Source: Allobaculum fili (GTDB taxonomy: Bacteria > Bacillota_I > Bacilli_A > Erysipelotrichales > Erysipelotrichaceae). From it: a stretch of 30,101 nt of DNA. Location: contig NZ_JAHDSX010000031.1 in assembly GCF_020969955.1 (NCBI RefSeq), positions 1 to 30,101 of the forward strand, in the 5' to 3' direction. The position numbers and the translations under genes were made by a program. The notes beneath the pieces are model-generated. The model ran no database searches. It was not told where the DNA came from and saw nothing but the letters and a program-made list of their open reading frames with translations. This document shows, in pieces, positions 19,966 through 29,021 of the stretch; the first letter of the stretch is position 1; each line of letters opens with the position of its first letter.

Positions 19966-20010
19966 AAAAACAGCAGGCGGCACATAGCGATGCGCAAACC
20001 TGCTGTTTTT
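19966..20010. terminator. Bidirectional hairpin terminator between the 86-codon ORF and the macro-HTH gene
   Basis: aaaaacagcagg (19966-19977) pairs with cctgctgttttt (19999-20010) around a 21-nt loop. A/T runs flank both sides. Confidence 0.65.
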
Positions 20011-20057
20011 CATTCTTGCCATTATTCAAAATCCCGCTCTTAAAAATGCACCCTTGC

Positions 20058-20318
20058 TCATAAAATCGGATACCATCGAAGCAGATCGCCGCACCCTTCG
20101 GCTTCGATCGGCTCTACCGCCTGCCGAAGCCGCTCTTCCGGCGCAGGTATCGTCCCGGCGCGGGATATCCTTTCCCATTGCACCCGCTTCTTCGGGTCAG
20201 GGTCATTCATTCCGGCCTCAATGCGGGCCGAGAGAATTGCCCGCATTTCTTCCACCGTGATATTCCATTCACGGGCCAGCCTTTCAGTTACGCGCCTGGA
20301 CCAGTTTTCAATTGACAA
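20058..20318 (-). CDS. Hypothetical small charged protein (86 codons); coding status uncertain
   Basis: The ORF reads SIENWSRRVTERLAREWNITVEEMRAILSARIEAGMNDPDPKKRVQWERISRAGTIPAPEERL... and has helical, protein-like composition. The only in-frame start at the 5' end is TTG (20318) and it has no Shine-Dalgarno. No family was recognised with confidence. Confidence 0.35.
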   Translation of the reverse strand: MSIENWSRRVTERLAREWNITVEEMRAILSARIEAGMNDPDPKKRVQWERISRAGTIPAPEERLRQAVEPIEAEGCGDLLRWYPIL

Positions 20319-20575
20319 AAACAGCTCATTTTTATCCGTTCAATGGCTGCATTTACTGTTTCAATTCACTCACAGAAACCAGATCACTATCGATTTGCGC
20401 TGCTCCATTCGCAGTTCAGCGGGGATCTCCTTTGGATTTCCGCTTTTTTCACGTCGTCTGCGCCGCAAAACGGCTCAGTCCAGACAAAGGAAAAGCTGCC
20501 GTAAGGAATTCAGTTCCTGACGATAGCCTGTTCATTTCCTGTGGTGAAAAAAGCAGCTGGACCGGTTTTGGACGC

Positions 20576-21316
20576 TTATTCCTTCTCTGGATCCAGTGTA
20601 GATGAGACAGATCCGTCTGAGAGATTCTGGAGGGATCTTGCCATCTCGATTTTCTGCAGAAACGGTGCTTTCTTATCTTCCGGCATGGTTTTACAGATGG
20701 TTTTCCATTTGTTAAGCCGCCACAACAGCCACGCATCATAATCCGCGTTCCGTTTTGGATGAACGCCAAAATACAGGGCCTGAGGCGACAGCGTACCATC
20801 GACCGCCGGCGATTGCTTCTCTGCTTTTGGAGGGCGTACATAAAGCAGCGGATAAAAATGGCCGTCCTGAATCATCCGCTCGCGGACAATGGTAAAGCCA
20901 TGATCACAGAGCCACTGGCGCAGATGTTCGGTATCCTTATGCGGAGAAAGCAGCAGGGACGATACTCGATCCGGAAGCGGACTGGCCGCAAGAATCTGTT
21001 CGATCTGCGTACCGCCCATGCCGGCGATCAGAATCTGATTCACATCGTCTTCTAATCCTTCGATCCCGTTTCGAAGGCGGCAGAAGATCCGATCGCTAAG
21101 ACCCGCCTGAGCGACATTGGCTCTGGCTGATTCGAGCGGGCCTTCCCGCAAATCACAGGCATAGGCTTTCTGCACTTTGCCGTTTAGAAGAGCCTGAATG
21201 CATACGAAACCGTGATCACAGCCGATATCCGCAAGTACTGGACCTTCGACTTCCTGCGCCAGAATCTTCAGGCGTTTGGATAGCGTCGAAAGTCCGGGGA
21301 GTTTCTGAATTTCCAT
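20576..21316 (-). CDS. trmK: tRNA (adenine22-N1)-methyltransferase TrmK (YqfN family)
   Basis: LSKRLKILAQEV..GPVLADIGCDHGFVCIQALLNGKVQKAYACDLREGPLESARANV...ILIAGMGG is the TrmK/DUF633 signature. It lies downstream of sigA, as in B. subtilis. Its ATG overlaps the sigA stop (TAATG at 21314-21318). Confidence 0.8.
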   Translation of the reverse strand: MEIQKLPGLSTLSKRLKILAQEVEGPVLADIGCDHGFVCIQALLNGKVQKAYACDLREGPLESARANVAQAGLSDRIFCRLRNGIEGLEDDVNQILIAGMGGTQIEQILAASPLPDRVSSLLLSPHKDTEHLRQWLCDHGFTIVRERMIQDGHFYPLLYVRPPKAEKQSPAVDGTLSPQALYFGVHPKRNADYDAWLLWRLNKWKTICKTMPEDKKAPFLQKIEMARSLQNLSDGSVSSTLDPEKE

Positions 21317-22608
21317 TACTGTTTAAAATCCTTCAGCCGTTTGGAGCGGGCGGGGCTTTTGAGCTTGCGCAGCGCCTTGACTTCAATCTGGCGAATGCGT
21401 TCGCGCGTCAGCGAAAACGCCTGTCCGACTTCTTCCAGGGTACAGGGCTGACCGTCATGGAGGCCGTAGCGCATCATGATGACTTCCTCTTCCCTTTTGT
21501 TCAGCGTTTCTAACGCGAGCGCGATTTCGTCCTTGAGCAGCTGGTTGTGGGTGTATTCCACTGGAGAAATGGACGTTTTGTCTTCAATGAAATCGCCAAG
21601 ATGCGAATCGTCTTCTTCGCCGATCGGCGTTTCGAGCGAAACCGGTTCAAGAGCGATCCGCTGAATTTCACGGACTTTTTCCGGTTTCATATTCGGAAGC
21701 TTTTCCGCAATTTCTTCCGGAAGCGGATCGCGTCCCAGATCCTGAATGAGCTGACGCTGAATACGCGTCAGCTTGTTGATCGTCTCGGTCATATGGACCG
21801 GAATGCGAATCGTCTTGGACTGGTCAGCGATGGCTCTCGTAATGGACTGGCGGATCCACCAGGTCGCGTACGTTGAAAACTTAAATCCGCGCTTGTAGTC
21901 GAATTTTTCGACCGCCTTGATCAAGCCGCAGTTTCCTTCCTGAATCAGATCGAGCAGCGGCAGGCCGCGCCCGTTGAACTTTTTGGCAATGGAAACGACT
22001 AGACGCAGGTTGGAATTGATCAGCAGATCGCGGCATTCCTTGCGTCCTTCTTCCTGGTAGCCTTTGGCGGCTTCCTTTTCCTGCTGGGCGGTGAGCAGAG
22101 GAATCTGACCGATTTCGCGCAAATACATGCGTACGGGATCGCTGCTGCGATTTTTGGAATTTTCCTCAAATGCCTTTTCGAGTTTTTCAATCTCGTCATA
22201 AGAGGCCCTGCGCGACTTTGCGGTTTGGCTGAAGTTCTCCTCTTCTTCCTGAGTGCTTTCGCTTTCCAGTTCTTCTTCTAATTCTTCTTCCTGGTCTACC
22301 TTAAGCTCCTGATCCAGTCTTCCTTCCAGAGCTTCGCCGAAGTCTTCGGGAAAGGGGTCCTTTCTGGAACGGACAGGCTCGTCATCGAGGTCGTCGGCTT
22401 CGAGTCCCTCCGTATCCGAATCGAGTTCGAGGACCTGGCTGTTTCGGATCCATTCAAACAGATCCTCATTTTCTTCATCACTCAGATCAAGGGAAGTAAT
22501 CATCTCCTGAAAGTCACAAAGATCAACCGCTTCTTTCTGATCTCTCATAGAAAGCAGATACTCTTTCGCTTCATCGAGCGAACGGAATTTCCTGGCTTTT
22601 CTGGTCAT
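21316..22608 (-). CDS. sigA: Primary RNA polymerase sigma factor (SigA/RpoD)
   Basis: The N-terminal region 1.1 is acidic. Region 2 reads [68 protein letters not shown]. Region 4 reads [27 protein letters not shown]. Confidence 0.92.
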   Translation of the reverse strand: MTRKARKFRSLDEAKEYLLSMRDQKEAVDLCDFQEMITSLDLSDEENEDLFEWIRNSQVLELDSDTEGLEADDLDDEPVRSRKDPFPEDFGEALEGRLDQELKVDQEEELEEELESESTQEEEENFSQTAKSRRASYDEIEKLEKAFEENSKNRSSDPVRMYLREIGQIPLLTAQQEKEAAKGYQEEGRKECRDLLINSNLRLVVSIAKKFNGRGLPLLDLIQEGNCGLIKAVEKFDYKRGFKFSTYATWWIRQSITRAIADQSKTIRIPVHMTETINKLTRIQRQLIQDLGRDPLPEEIAEKLPNMKPEKVREIQRIALEPVSLETPIGEEDDSHLGDFIEDKTSISPVEYTHNQLLKDEIALALETLNKREEEVIMMRYGLHDGQPCTLEEVGQAFSLTRERIRQIEVKALRKLKSPARSKRLKDFKQ

Positions 22609-22750
22609 CGTATCAGGTTCCTTTCTATGTTTCTTTTTCCAATTATGAAAATTCGCCCGCCATCCATGTGCGAAATGGACAGCGAGGCGATGGACAGCGT
22701 GCGGTTTAACAAAGACGCATGCCGTGAATAGAACGGTCCATTCGTGCAGC

Positions 22751-24526
22751 TCAGAACTGGACCGTCTTTTTGAGCCGGTTCTTTTCGAGAACCAGCGACT
22801 GTTTCGTTTTGGTCAGTTCTATTTTTTCGCTCAGATCTCTCGCCTGACGAATTTGCCTCGTCAGGGAATCGATCTTGTGCGATAACATATCCGATTTAAT
22901 TTTGCAGACGGCATCGTCGAAAAACTGAGGAAGCAGATCAGAATAGTCCGGCCATTCCGCCAGTTCAACGAGCAGATCCCGCGCATCCGGCTCTTCTATC
23001 TGTTCGATCAGAATGGCCGGATCCAGCGAGGCATCGGTCTTATACGCATGCAAAATGTAGAGAGACAGTCTCGAACAGGCGGGATTCGAGAAGAAGCCGA
23101 CCTGCTCCTGAAACTGCTTCAGAAAGCTCTCATGAAACAGAATGGACCACAGGACGGATTTTTCCGCCTGCAGACGGCCTTTGACAACCGGCGGGATGAC
23201 CGCTGGAGCGGCATTCCCTGCTGCTTTTCCGCCTTTTTTAAAGCGGTTTGGCTGCCAGACAGGCTTGAGGGGTTCGGCGGTAAAGGAAAAGCCGGTCAGT
23301 GCTTTCAGCTTTTCAAACGCCGCATTCTGTTCGAACGATTCGAGGGTCGTTCGAATGATCGACTCCATGGCGCGAGCGTACTGCTTCTTATCCTCGTAGT
23401 TGTTGAGATTGTACTGTTTTTTTAAATAGTCGAACGCGAAGGACGCGTACGAGACGGTCTGTTCAATCGCCTGTTCCAGTCCTTCCCGGCCGTAGGCATT
23501 GAACACTTCATCCGGATCTTTTCGCGGCGCATTGGCGACGATGGAAAAGCGGATTCCGGTATTCTGCACTTTCTGCGCAAATTTCCAGACCGCGTTCTGG
23601 CCTGCCTCATCCTGGTCATAAAAGAGCGTGACCGGAACGTTCAGCGCGGCGATCAGGCCGAGCTGCGTATCCGTCAGCGCTGTTCCTAGACAGGCAATAC
23701 CTTCTTTGAAGCCGCCTTTGGCCAGTCCCAGTACGTCCATGGCGCCTTCGCAGAGAATGACGCGGCCGGCTTTGCGGGCTTCATCCTTCGCGCGGTGATA
23801 ATTAAAAATCAGCGAACTTTTATCGTAAAGCTCCGTGGACGTCGTATTGACATACTTCGGTCCCTGCGCCGGCGGCAAAATACGGGCGGTATACCCAACC
23901 GGCTTACCGTTGGCGTCATGGATCGGAATCATAATCCGGTTGTAAAAGCTCGGGATGAGATCGTTCGTTCCAATCTGAACCAGACCGGTTTTTTCCAGCA
24001 TGGTTCGATCGGAAATGCGATGCGTCAGATAGTCCTTGACCATGCCGGCTTCCGGCGCATAGCCGATTTCGTATTCTTTCAGTATTTCTTTCGAAAAGCC
24101 GCGGCCGCTCAAATAGGACAGGGCCTTCAGTCCGTCCTGACTGAACAGCTCGTACGAACAGTACACCGTAAACAGGCGCAGCGTTTCGTACGCGTCGCGG
24201 TTCTGAACACTCTTTTCATCCGGTTCAGCCTTCTGAATGTTGAGCGGATAGCCGATCCATTCGGCAGCTTTCGCCGCTGCTTCCGGAAAAGAGATATGTT
24301 CAATGTTCTGAATGAAGCGAAGCGCATTGCCGCCGGCGCCGCAGCTGAAGCATTTATAAATCTGCTTGTCCGGGGAGACGCGCATGGATGGCGAATGGTC
24401 GTCATGAAACGGACAGACACCAAGATATTCTTTTCCCTTTTTTTCGAGAGGGACATACCGCTCAATGACCGAAATGATATCGGTCTGATCCAAAATATTA
24501 CGAAGATCCTGTTCAGGAATCTGCAT
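22751..24526 (-). CDS. dnaG: DNA primase DnaG
   Basis: The zinc-ribbon is [34 protein letters not shown]. The TOPRIM region is [13 protein letters not shown]...[17 protein letters not shown] lies upstream of ATG 24526. Confidence 0.9.
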   Translation of the reverse strand: MQIPEQDLRNILDQTDIISVIERYVPLEKKGKEYLGVCPFHDDHSPSMRVSPDKQIYKCFSCGAGGNALRFIQNIEHISFPEAAAKAAEWIGYPLNIQKAEPDEKSVQNRDAYETLRLFTVYCSYELFSQDGLKALSYLSGRGFSKEILKEYEIGYAPEAGMVKDYLTHRISDRTMLEKTGLVQIGTNDLIPSFYNRIMIPIHDANGKPVGYTARILPPAQGPKYVNTTSTELYDKSSLIFNYHRAKDEARKAGRVILCEGAMDVLGLAKGGFKEGIACLGTALTDTQLGLIAALNVPVTLFYDQDEAGQNAVWKFAQKVQNTGIRFSIVANAPRKDPDEVFNAYGREGLEQAIEQTVSYASFAFDYLKKQYNLNNYEDKKQYARAMESIIRTTLESFEQNAAFEKLKALTGFSFTAEPLKPVWQPNRFKKGGKAAGNAAPAVIPPVVKGRLQAEKSVLWSILFHESFLKQFQEQVGFFSNPACSRLSLYILHAYKTDASLDPAILIEQIEEPDARDLLVELAEWPDYSDLLPQFFDDAVCKIKSDMLSHKIDSLTRQIRQARDLSEKIELTKTKQSLVLEKNRLKKTVQF

Positions 24527-24565
24527 GAAACTCAGGCTCCTTTCCCTGGGGGATCACGCCGTTTT

Positions 24566-24606
24566 ATGAAAACAAGCAAAGAGCCGGAGGCAGAATTCGG
24601 CTCTTT
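24566..24606 (-). terminator. Terminator-like hairpin immediately upstream of the dnaG RBS
   Basis: A 9-bp stem, aaagagccg (24578-24586) pairing with cggctcttt (24598-24606), encloses an 11-nt loop. On the minus strand it is followed by gcttgttttc. The T-run is interrupted, so efficiency is uncertain. Confidence 0.45.
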
Positions 24607-24646
24607 GATCAGTAAATGAAGGAAATAGCAGTCGTACGTCGCGTAT

Positions 24647-24687
24647 CGTTTTCGCCCCGTTTTCGCCCTGTTCAAACGTCGACGTTT
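24647..24687. repeat. Perfect tandem 11-mer followed by a perfect 14-bp palindrome in the glyQS-dnaG spacer
   Basis: cgttttcgccc occurs at 24647-24657 and again at 24658-24668. aaacgtcgacgttt at 24674-24687 is its own reverse complement. Confidence 0.85.
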
Positions 24688-24872
24688 CGTTCACTGTGCA
24701 AATGAACAAAATGCGTAACTTTTTAATCCGGGCGGATGACAAAATGAGGTGAAGGGTACTCGCTTTTCGACGCGGCGAAATGGATCCCATACCATTCGTA
24801 ATACGCAAAAGGAATTTCTCTTCTCGAATCAGCTGCTGCTCCCAGAGCGGGAGCAGCCTGAAATGGAAGAGC

Positions 24873-26258
24873 CTAGGCAAACTGAACGCGGGAAGCGATG
24901 TAGTCTTTCACTTCAGTCAGCGGAATGCGGACCTGTTCCATGGAATCGCGTTCACGAACGGTTACACAGCCGTCATTTTCCGTTTCAAAGTCAACGGTGA
25001 TGCAGAACGGCGTACCAATCGCATCCTGACGACGATAGCGTTTACCGATGTTATTGGCTTCATCGTAGGTTACGGAGAAGTCGCGAGCGAGATCGCCGCA
25101 GAGCGCTCTGGCCTGTTCGGAAAGCTTTTTGGACAGCGGAAGAACGGCTGCCTTATATGGAGCGAGGTAAGGATGCAGGCGAAGAACGATACGGCTGTCC
25201 TTTTCGGAAATCTGTTCGTTTTCGAGAGCCTGCGACATAACCGCAAGAATCAGACGCTCAACGCCGACGGAAGGTTCAATAACATACGGAATGTATTTTT
25301 CATTGGCCTCCTGGTCGAAGTATTCCAGAGACTGCTTGGATGTGTTCTGGTGCGCTGTGAGGTCAAAGTCGGTACGGTCAGCAATACCCCAGAGTTCGCC
25401 CCAGCCGATCGGAGCGCCAAAGAGGTACTCGATATCGGTGGTTGCGTTGGAATAGTGGGAAAGTTCTTCCTGATCATGAGCACGCAGGCGCAGACGATCG
25501 GAAGTCAGGCCGAGGTCATGCAGGAACTGTTCGCACATGCCTTCGAGTTTCTTGAACCATTCCAGATCGGTTCCCGGCTTGCAGAAAAATTCGAGTTCCA
25601 TCTGTTCGAATTCACGGGTACGGAAAATGAAGTTGCCCGGTGTGATCTCATTACGGAACGATTTACCGATCTGGCCGACGCCAAACGGCAGTTTCTTACG
25701 CATGGTGCGCTGTACGTTTTTGAAGTTTACGAAAATGCCCTGTGCGGTTTCCGGGCGCAGATAAATTTCATTTTTCGCGTCTTCGGTAACGCCCTGGAAC
25801 GTTTTAAACATCAGGTTGAACTGGCGAATCGGGGTGAAGTTGTGCTTGCCGCAGTTCGGGCAGACAATTACGTGCTCGTCGATGAATTCTTCCATCTGCT
25901 TGTTGGTCCATCCAGCGGGATTGACCTTGCCCTCGGTGGCGTCTTCAATCAGGGTATCTGCGCGGTAGCGGGTTTTGCAGTCCTTGCAGTCCATGAGCGG
26001 GTCGGAGAATCCGCCGACGTGGCCGCTGGCTACCCATACCTGCGGGTTCATCAGAATGGCCGACTGAATGCCGACGTTTTCCGGCTGTTCCTGGATGAAG
26101 CGTTTCCACCAGGCGTTTTTGATATTATTTTTCAGTTCGATACCAAGCGGACCAAAATCCCAGGTATTGGCAAGGCCGCCGTAGATTTCGGATCCCTGGT
26201 ATACGAATCCGTAGTTTTTCATGTGTGCGACGATATCGTTGAAGCTTGCGTAACTCAT
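24873..26258 (-). CDS. glyQS: Glycine--tRNA ligase, single-chain dimeric type (GlyQS)
   Basis: [51 protein letters not shown] and the class II motifs ([30 protein letters not shown]) are present. Start moved to ATG 26258, 6 nt after GGAGG. The track start at 26303 overlaps the candidate -10 box. Confidence 0.9.
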   Translation of the reverse strand: MSYASFNDIVAHMKNYGFVYQGSEIYGGLANTWDFGPLGIELKNNIKNAWWKRFIQEQPENVGIQSAILMNPQVWVASGHVGGFSDPLMDCKDCKTRYRADTLIEDATEGKVNPAGWTNKQMEEFIDEHVIVCPNCGKHNFTPIRQFNLMFKTFQGVTEDAKNEIYLRPETAQGIFVNFKNVQRTMRKKLPFGVGQIGKSFRNEITPGNFIFRTREFEQMELEFFCKPGTDLEWFKKLEGMCEQFLHDLGLTSDRLRLRAHDQEELSHYSNATTDIEYLFGAPIGWGELWGIADRTDFDLTAHQNTSKQSLEYFDQEANEKYIPYVIEPSVGVERLILAVMSQALENEQISEKDSRIVLRLHPYLAPYKAAVLPLSKKLSEQARALCGDLARDFSVTYDEANNIGKRYRRQDAIGTPFCITVDFETENDGCVTVRERDSMEQVRIPLTEVKDYIASRVQFA

Positions 26259-26302
26259 AATATTCCTCCATTCATCTCCTAAATAAAATAGTGAATCACT
26301 CA

Positions 26303-26308
26303 ATTATA
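26303..26308 (-). promoter_or_regulatory. Candidate -10 box (TATAAT) for glyQS
   Basis: The minus strand reads ggcaTATAATtgag about 45 nt upstream of the glyQS start. The -35 is weak or unclear. Confidence 0.35.
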
Positions 26309-26436
26309 TGCCTTTCTGTTTCAAAAAAGAAAGAATCGATCCATTTGTTGGTCTTTGCAGATGGAAAATGAGCGGGATGTGACAAATTCTTTTTCGAATT
26401 GTGCAGTCTCGACAATTTGCAGTCGTCCTTGTTTCC

Positions 26437-26516
26437 AGAAGAAAAGCCGCCCCGTATTCAAAGAAGAAAGCCGGACGAACGCTTCGTTCTCTTCTTCGCA
26501 GGGGCGGCTGTTTTTG
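26437..26516 (-). terminator. Long compound hairpin terminator downstream of the PatB/MalY gene
   Basis: The outer stem is agccgcccc (26445-26453) pairing with ggggcggct (26501-26509). Internal pairings are gaagaa/ttcttc and acgaa/ttcgt. T-rich runs follow on both strands. Confidence 0.65.
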
Positions 26517-26536
26517 TCTTTCCAGTTTACGGCTTT

Positions 26537-27748
26537 CTATCGCAGCGACAGATCGCCGATCGGGATCTGGTTCTTCTTCTTTTCGTTCCAGGCATCAGCA
26601 AGCTGGTCGAGCGCGCGCTTGAGCGTCGATCTTGGGCAGGCGGCATTGAGACGCATGAATCCGCTTCCTTCCTGACCGAACATCACGCCGTCATTGAGCC
26701 AGAGATGCGCTTTGTTCAAAAAGAAGTCGTGCAGTTCTTCATCGCTCATCTGCAGGCCTCGGCAGTCGAGCCAGAACAGGTATGTTCCCTGCGGAATGGC
26801 CATGCGAATTTCCGGAATGTGTTCTTCCAGATACTTCTGGATAAACCGCGCGTTTTCGCGGATACAGGCGTTCAGCTCATCTACCCACTCGGCACCCTGC
26901 TCGTAGGCAGTCTGACAGGCGACAAGGCCGAGAACATTGGCCTCGCCCATACCGCAGCGTGACATCGTCTTGCGTACGGCTTTGCGAATGGTTTCATCTG
27001 GGATGATCAGGTTGGAATCCTGCAGACCAGCCAGGTTGAATGTCTTGGATGGAGCGGTGCAGAGAACGAGCTGATCCGCAATGGTCGGATCCGCTTCCAG
27101 CATGGTCGTATGACGATGATCGGGATCAAAGTCCATGTGAATTTCATCGCTGACCAGCACAATATCGTACTTTTTGCAAAGGGCAGCCAGACGCTGGAGA
27201 TCTTCTTTAGCCCAGACGTTTCCCGTCGGATTATGCGGCGAGCAGAAGATGATCATACGCACTTTTTTCTCTTTGAGCTGCGTCTCCAGATTTTCAAAAT
27301 CGATGGAATAGATGCCGTTCTCTTCCTTTAAAGGACTGCATACCAGTGTACGGTTCAGTTCTTCAATACTGTTTTTGAACGGGTGATAAACCGGAGGGAA
27401 AATCAGAATTGGATCTTCCTCTTTTGTGAGTGCCTGAATCAGGATTTTAATCGCCGGAACAATACCGGGCGCCGTTACGATCCAGTCTTTTTCAATCGCG
27501 GTATGATGGCGGGATTTCATCCAGTTCTGTACCGCCTGTAAATACTTATCCCATGGGGCGGTGTAGCCAAATACGCCCAGCGCGCAGCATTTTTCCAGCG
27601 CATCGCGTACGGCTTTCGGTGCGGCGAAATCCATATCTGCAATCCAGAGCGGAATCATTTTCGGATCGCTCAGCATCGGACCGGCATGATACTTCAACGA
27701 ATGATCGCTCGAGCGATCGACAGCATGATCAAAAAGTCTTTCTGCCAT
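26537..27748 (-). CDS. patB: MalY/PatB-family PLP-dependent C-S lyase (cystathionine beta-lyase-like aminotransferase class I/II)
   Basis: DRSSDHSLKYH...IPLWIADMDFAAPKAVRDALEKCCALGVFGYT, CSPHNPTGNVW, VSDEIHMDF, APSKTFNLAGLQ (PLP Lys) and GSGFMRLNAACP are present. Start moved to ATG 27748 behind AAGAGGAAAA. Confidence 0.8.
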   Translation of the reverse strand: MAERLFDHAVDRSSDHSLKYHAGPMLSDPKMIPLWIADMDFAAPKAVRDALEKCCALGVFGYTAPWDKYLQAVQNWMKSRHHTAIEKDWIVTAPGIVPAIKILIQALTKEEDPILIFPPVYHPFKNSIEELNRTLVCSPLKEENGIYSIDFENLETQLKEKKVRMIIFCSPHNPTGNVWAKEDLQRLAALCKKYDIVLVSDEIHMDFDPDHRHTTMLEADPTIADQLVLCTAPSKTFNLAGLQDSNLIIPDETIRKAVRKTMSRCGMGEANVLGLVACQTAYEQGAEWVDELNACIRENARFIQKYLEEHIPEIRMAIPQGTYLFWLDCRGLQMSDEELHDFFLNKAHLWLNDGVMFGQEGSGFMRLNAACPRSTLKRALDQLADAWNEKKKNQIPIGDLSLR

Positions 27749-27842
27749 AAATTTTCCTCTTTTCCCGTCTTCCTGCTTTTGGATCGATCTTCTTTCATGC
27801 ACGAAGACGCTTTCCTGTCTTTTCAAAAAAGAAATGTGCCTC

Positions 27843-27872
27843 AAAAAAGAAATGCGCCGTTTCGCGCATTTC
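27843..27872 (-). terminator. Intrinsic terminator of the PP2C-like gene
   Basis: A 9-bp stem, gaaatgcgc (27849-27857) pairing with gcgcatttc (27864-27872), encloses a 6-nt loop. It is followed on the minus strand by tttttt (plus-strand a-run 27843-27848). Confidence 0.75.
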
Positions 27873-27901
27873 CTGAGTTTACTGGAATATTCTAATCGTT
27901 C

Positions 27902-28654
27902 TCATTTTGTATGGAAATAGTGTGAATCCTCAATCAGCGCAACGGAGAGATCATCTCCGGACTGGACTTCGTCCACTCTTGCTTTTAAATACGCCTCTCT
28001 TTGTTTTTCCTTCACACGGGATACGTTCCAGAAGTCGAACAGTTCATCCACATGACAGACGACGCCCTGGCCGTTCCAGCCGCAGATCGTATCGAACACG
28101 CCATCGGTCGCGATAAAAACGCGACGAACCGGAAGCGGCGAGCCCAGAGAATTGAAAAAGGCCCAGTGCCTGGAATCGCGCAGCGAATAAACCATCGAAG
28201 ACGTCTTGATCTCGGTAACCATCATCGCAATCGAACGATCGGTTCGTTCATACAAAATACCGCCGTCTCCGGCCAGACCGCCCCATAGTTTTCCTTTGCG
28301 ATAAATCGCGACCAGCATTGTTGTGGACGCGTCGCCTTCTTCAATGCCTTTCGCGTTTAAATAGCGAATCATTTCCTGTCGGACATGAACAAAAAGACTG
28401 CGCAGCAGGCTGTCCATTTCTGCATCCGGCGTATTTGTGTGTAAATGCGAACGAAGATAGGCGACGCTTTCTTTCACGCAGAATCGGGAAGCTTCTTCAC
28501 TGTGCGAAGGTTCCATCCGGTAATTGAGTGATACCCCATCGCACAAAACGGCGATGGTCGCATTGTGAATCTGCAGGGCGATCGCTGCATCCTGATTGGG
28601 CATTTCTGCTTGTTTGTGCCAGGTTCCCTTACGGCTTTCGTATAAGGCAATCAT
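27902..28654 (-). CDS. PP2C_2-family (YegK-like) protein serine/threonine phosphatase
   Basis: Recalled PF13672-type pattern: RKGTWHKQAEMPNQDA (G-x-x-H...x-QD), VLCDGVS, LAGDGGILY, FIATDGVFD and SGDDLSVALI. Start moved to ATG 28654, 6 nt after AGAGGGAAG. Confidence 0.7.
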   Translation of the reverse strand: MIALYESRKGTWHKQAEMPNQDAAIALQIHNATIAVLCDGVSLNYRMEPSHSEEASRFCVKESVAYLRSHLHTNTPDAEMDSLLRSLFVHVRQEMIRYLNAKGIEEGDASTTMLVAIYRKGKLWGGLAGDGGILYERTDRSIAMMVTEIKTSSMVYSLRDSRHWAFFNSLGSPLPVRRVFIATDGVFDTICGWNGQGVVCHVDELFDFWNVSRVKEKQREAYLKARVDEVQSGDDLSVALIEDSHYFHTK

Positions 28655-28799
28655 CGATAACTTCCCTCTTTCTGTCTCCCCATTGCGGGCTGTTCTGGTT
28701 GTCCGCACGGCGCAATGCTCGAACCATCCTCCGGGTTAGAGTAACTTGGAGGCGTTTTCAGCGCTTTGGACAGTTCTATTGTACCTGAGTCGATCCTTT

Positions 28800-28975
28800 T
28801 CTCTTTCAGGGGTACATTTGCGGCTGTTCTGTCCTTTTCAAACGAAGGATACGAGCTTGATTCACAAAACGGACTTCCTTGCTTTCCGGAGATTTCGTTC
28901 GAACTTCAAGAGAGCCATCCCGATTCGGACAACCGAATTGATTGGCTATATTGAAAGCGGATTTTCGACCTGCCG
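28800..28975 (+). pseudogene. Possible remnant of a winged-helix (HxlR-like) regulator upstream of the flavoprotein pseudogene
   Basis: Two frames give fragments resembling the HxlR core: FRGTFAAVLSFSNEG in one, then FRRFRSNFKRAIPI..ELIGYIESGF in another. Compare recalled GGKWK..IL..L..G..RF.EL.R.IP.I...L...L..LE..G. The fragments are shortened and out of frame. This is weak, eye-level similarity only. Confidence 0.25.
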
Positions 28976-29021
28976 GCTGACCAAAAATTTTTCCAGAAAC
29001 CAGGAAAGGGTTTCAGAGGAA

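Noticed and set aside
19722-19997. 91-aa minus-strand ORF in the AT-rich spacer
   Set aside because: It starts inside the 19966-20010 terminator hairpin and has no RBS. Its composition is low-complexity and AT-driven. More likely it is the promoter and leader region of the macro-HTH gene.
24554-24880. 108-aa minus-strand ORF in the glyQS-dnaG spacer
   Set aside because: It overlaps the glyQS stop, has no RBS, runs through the terminator-like hairpin and has implausible composition. The region is treated as non-coding.
24780-26282. 500-aa ORF on the plus strand
   Set aside because: It lies entirely antisense to glyQS, which has unmistakable class II synthetase motifs. The antisense translation has low-complexity, Arg/Phe/Val-rich composition and no RBS. 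This is a typical shadow ORF.
26259-26536. Expected glycine T-box riboswitch upstream of glyQS
   Set aside because: I read the minus-strand leader and found no T-box consensus (..GGGTGGTACCGCG..) and no specifier-loop architecture. I found only a TATAAT, a short leader and the upstream gene's terminator. Its absence was noted, but nothing is annotated.
17872-28654. A complete TerY-P triad (vWA + PP2C + kinase) as a single system
   Set aside because: The vWA and PP2C genes are 9 kb apart, separated by core genes with their own terminators. No Ser/Thr kinase ORF is present in the window. It is kept only as a low-interest note.
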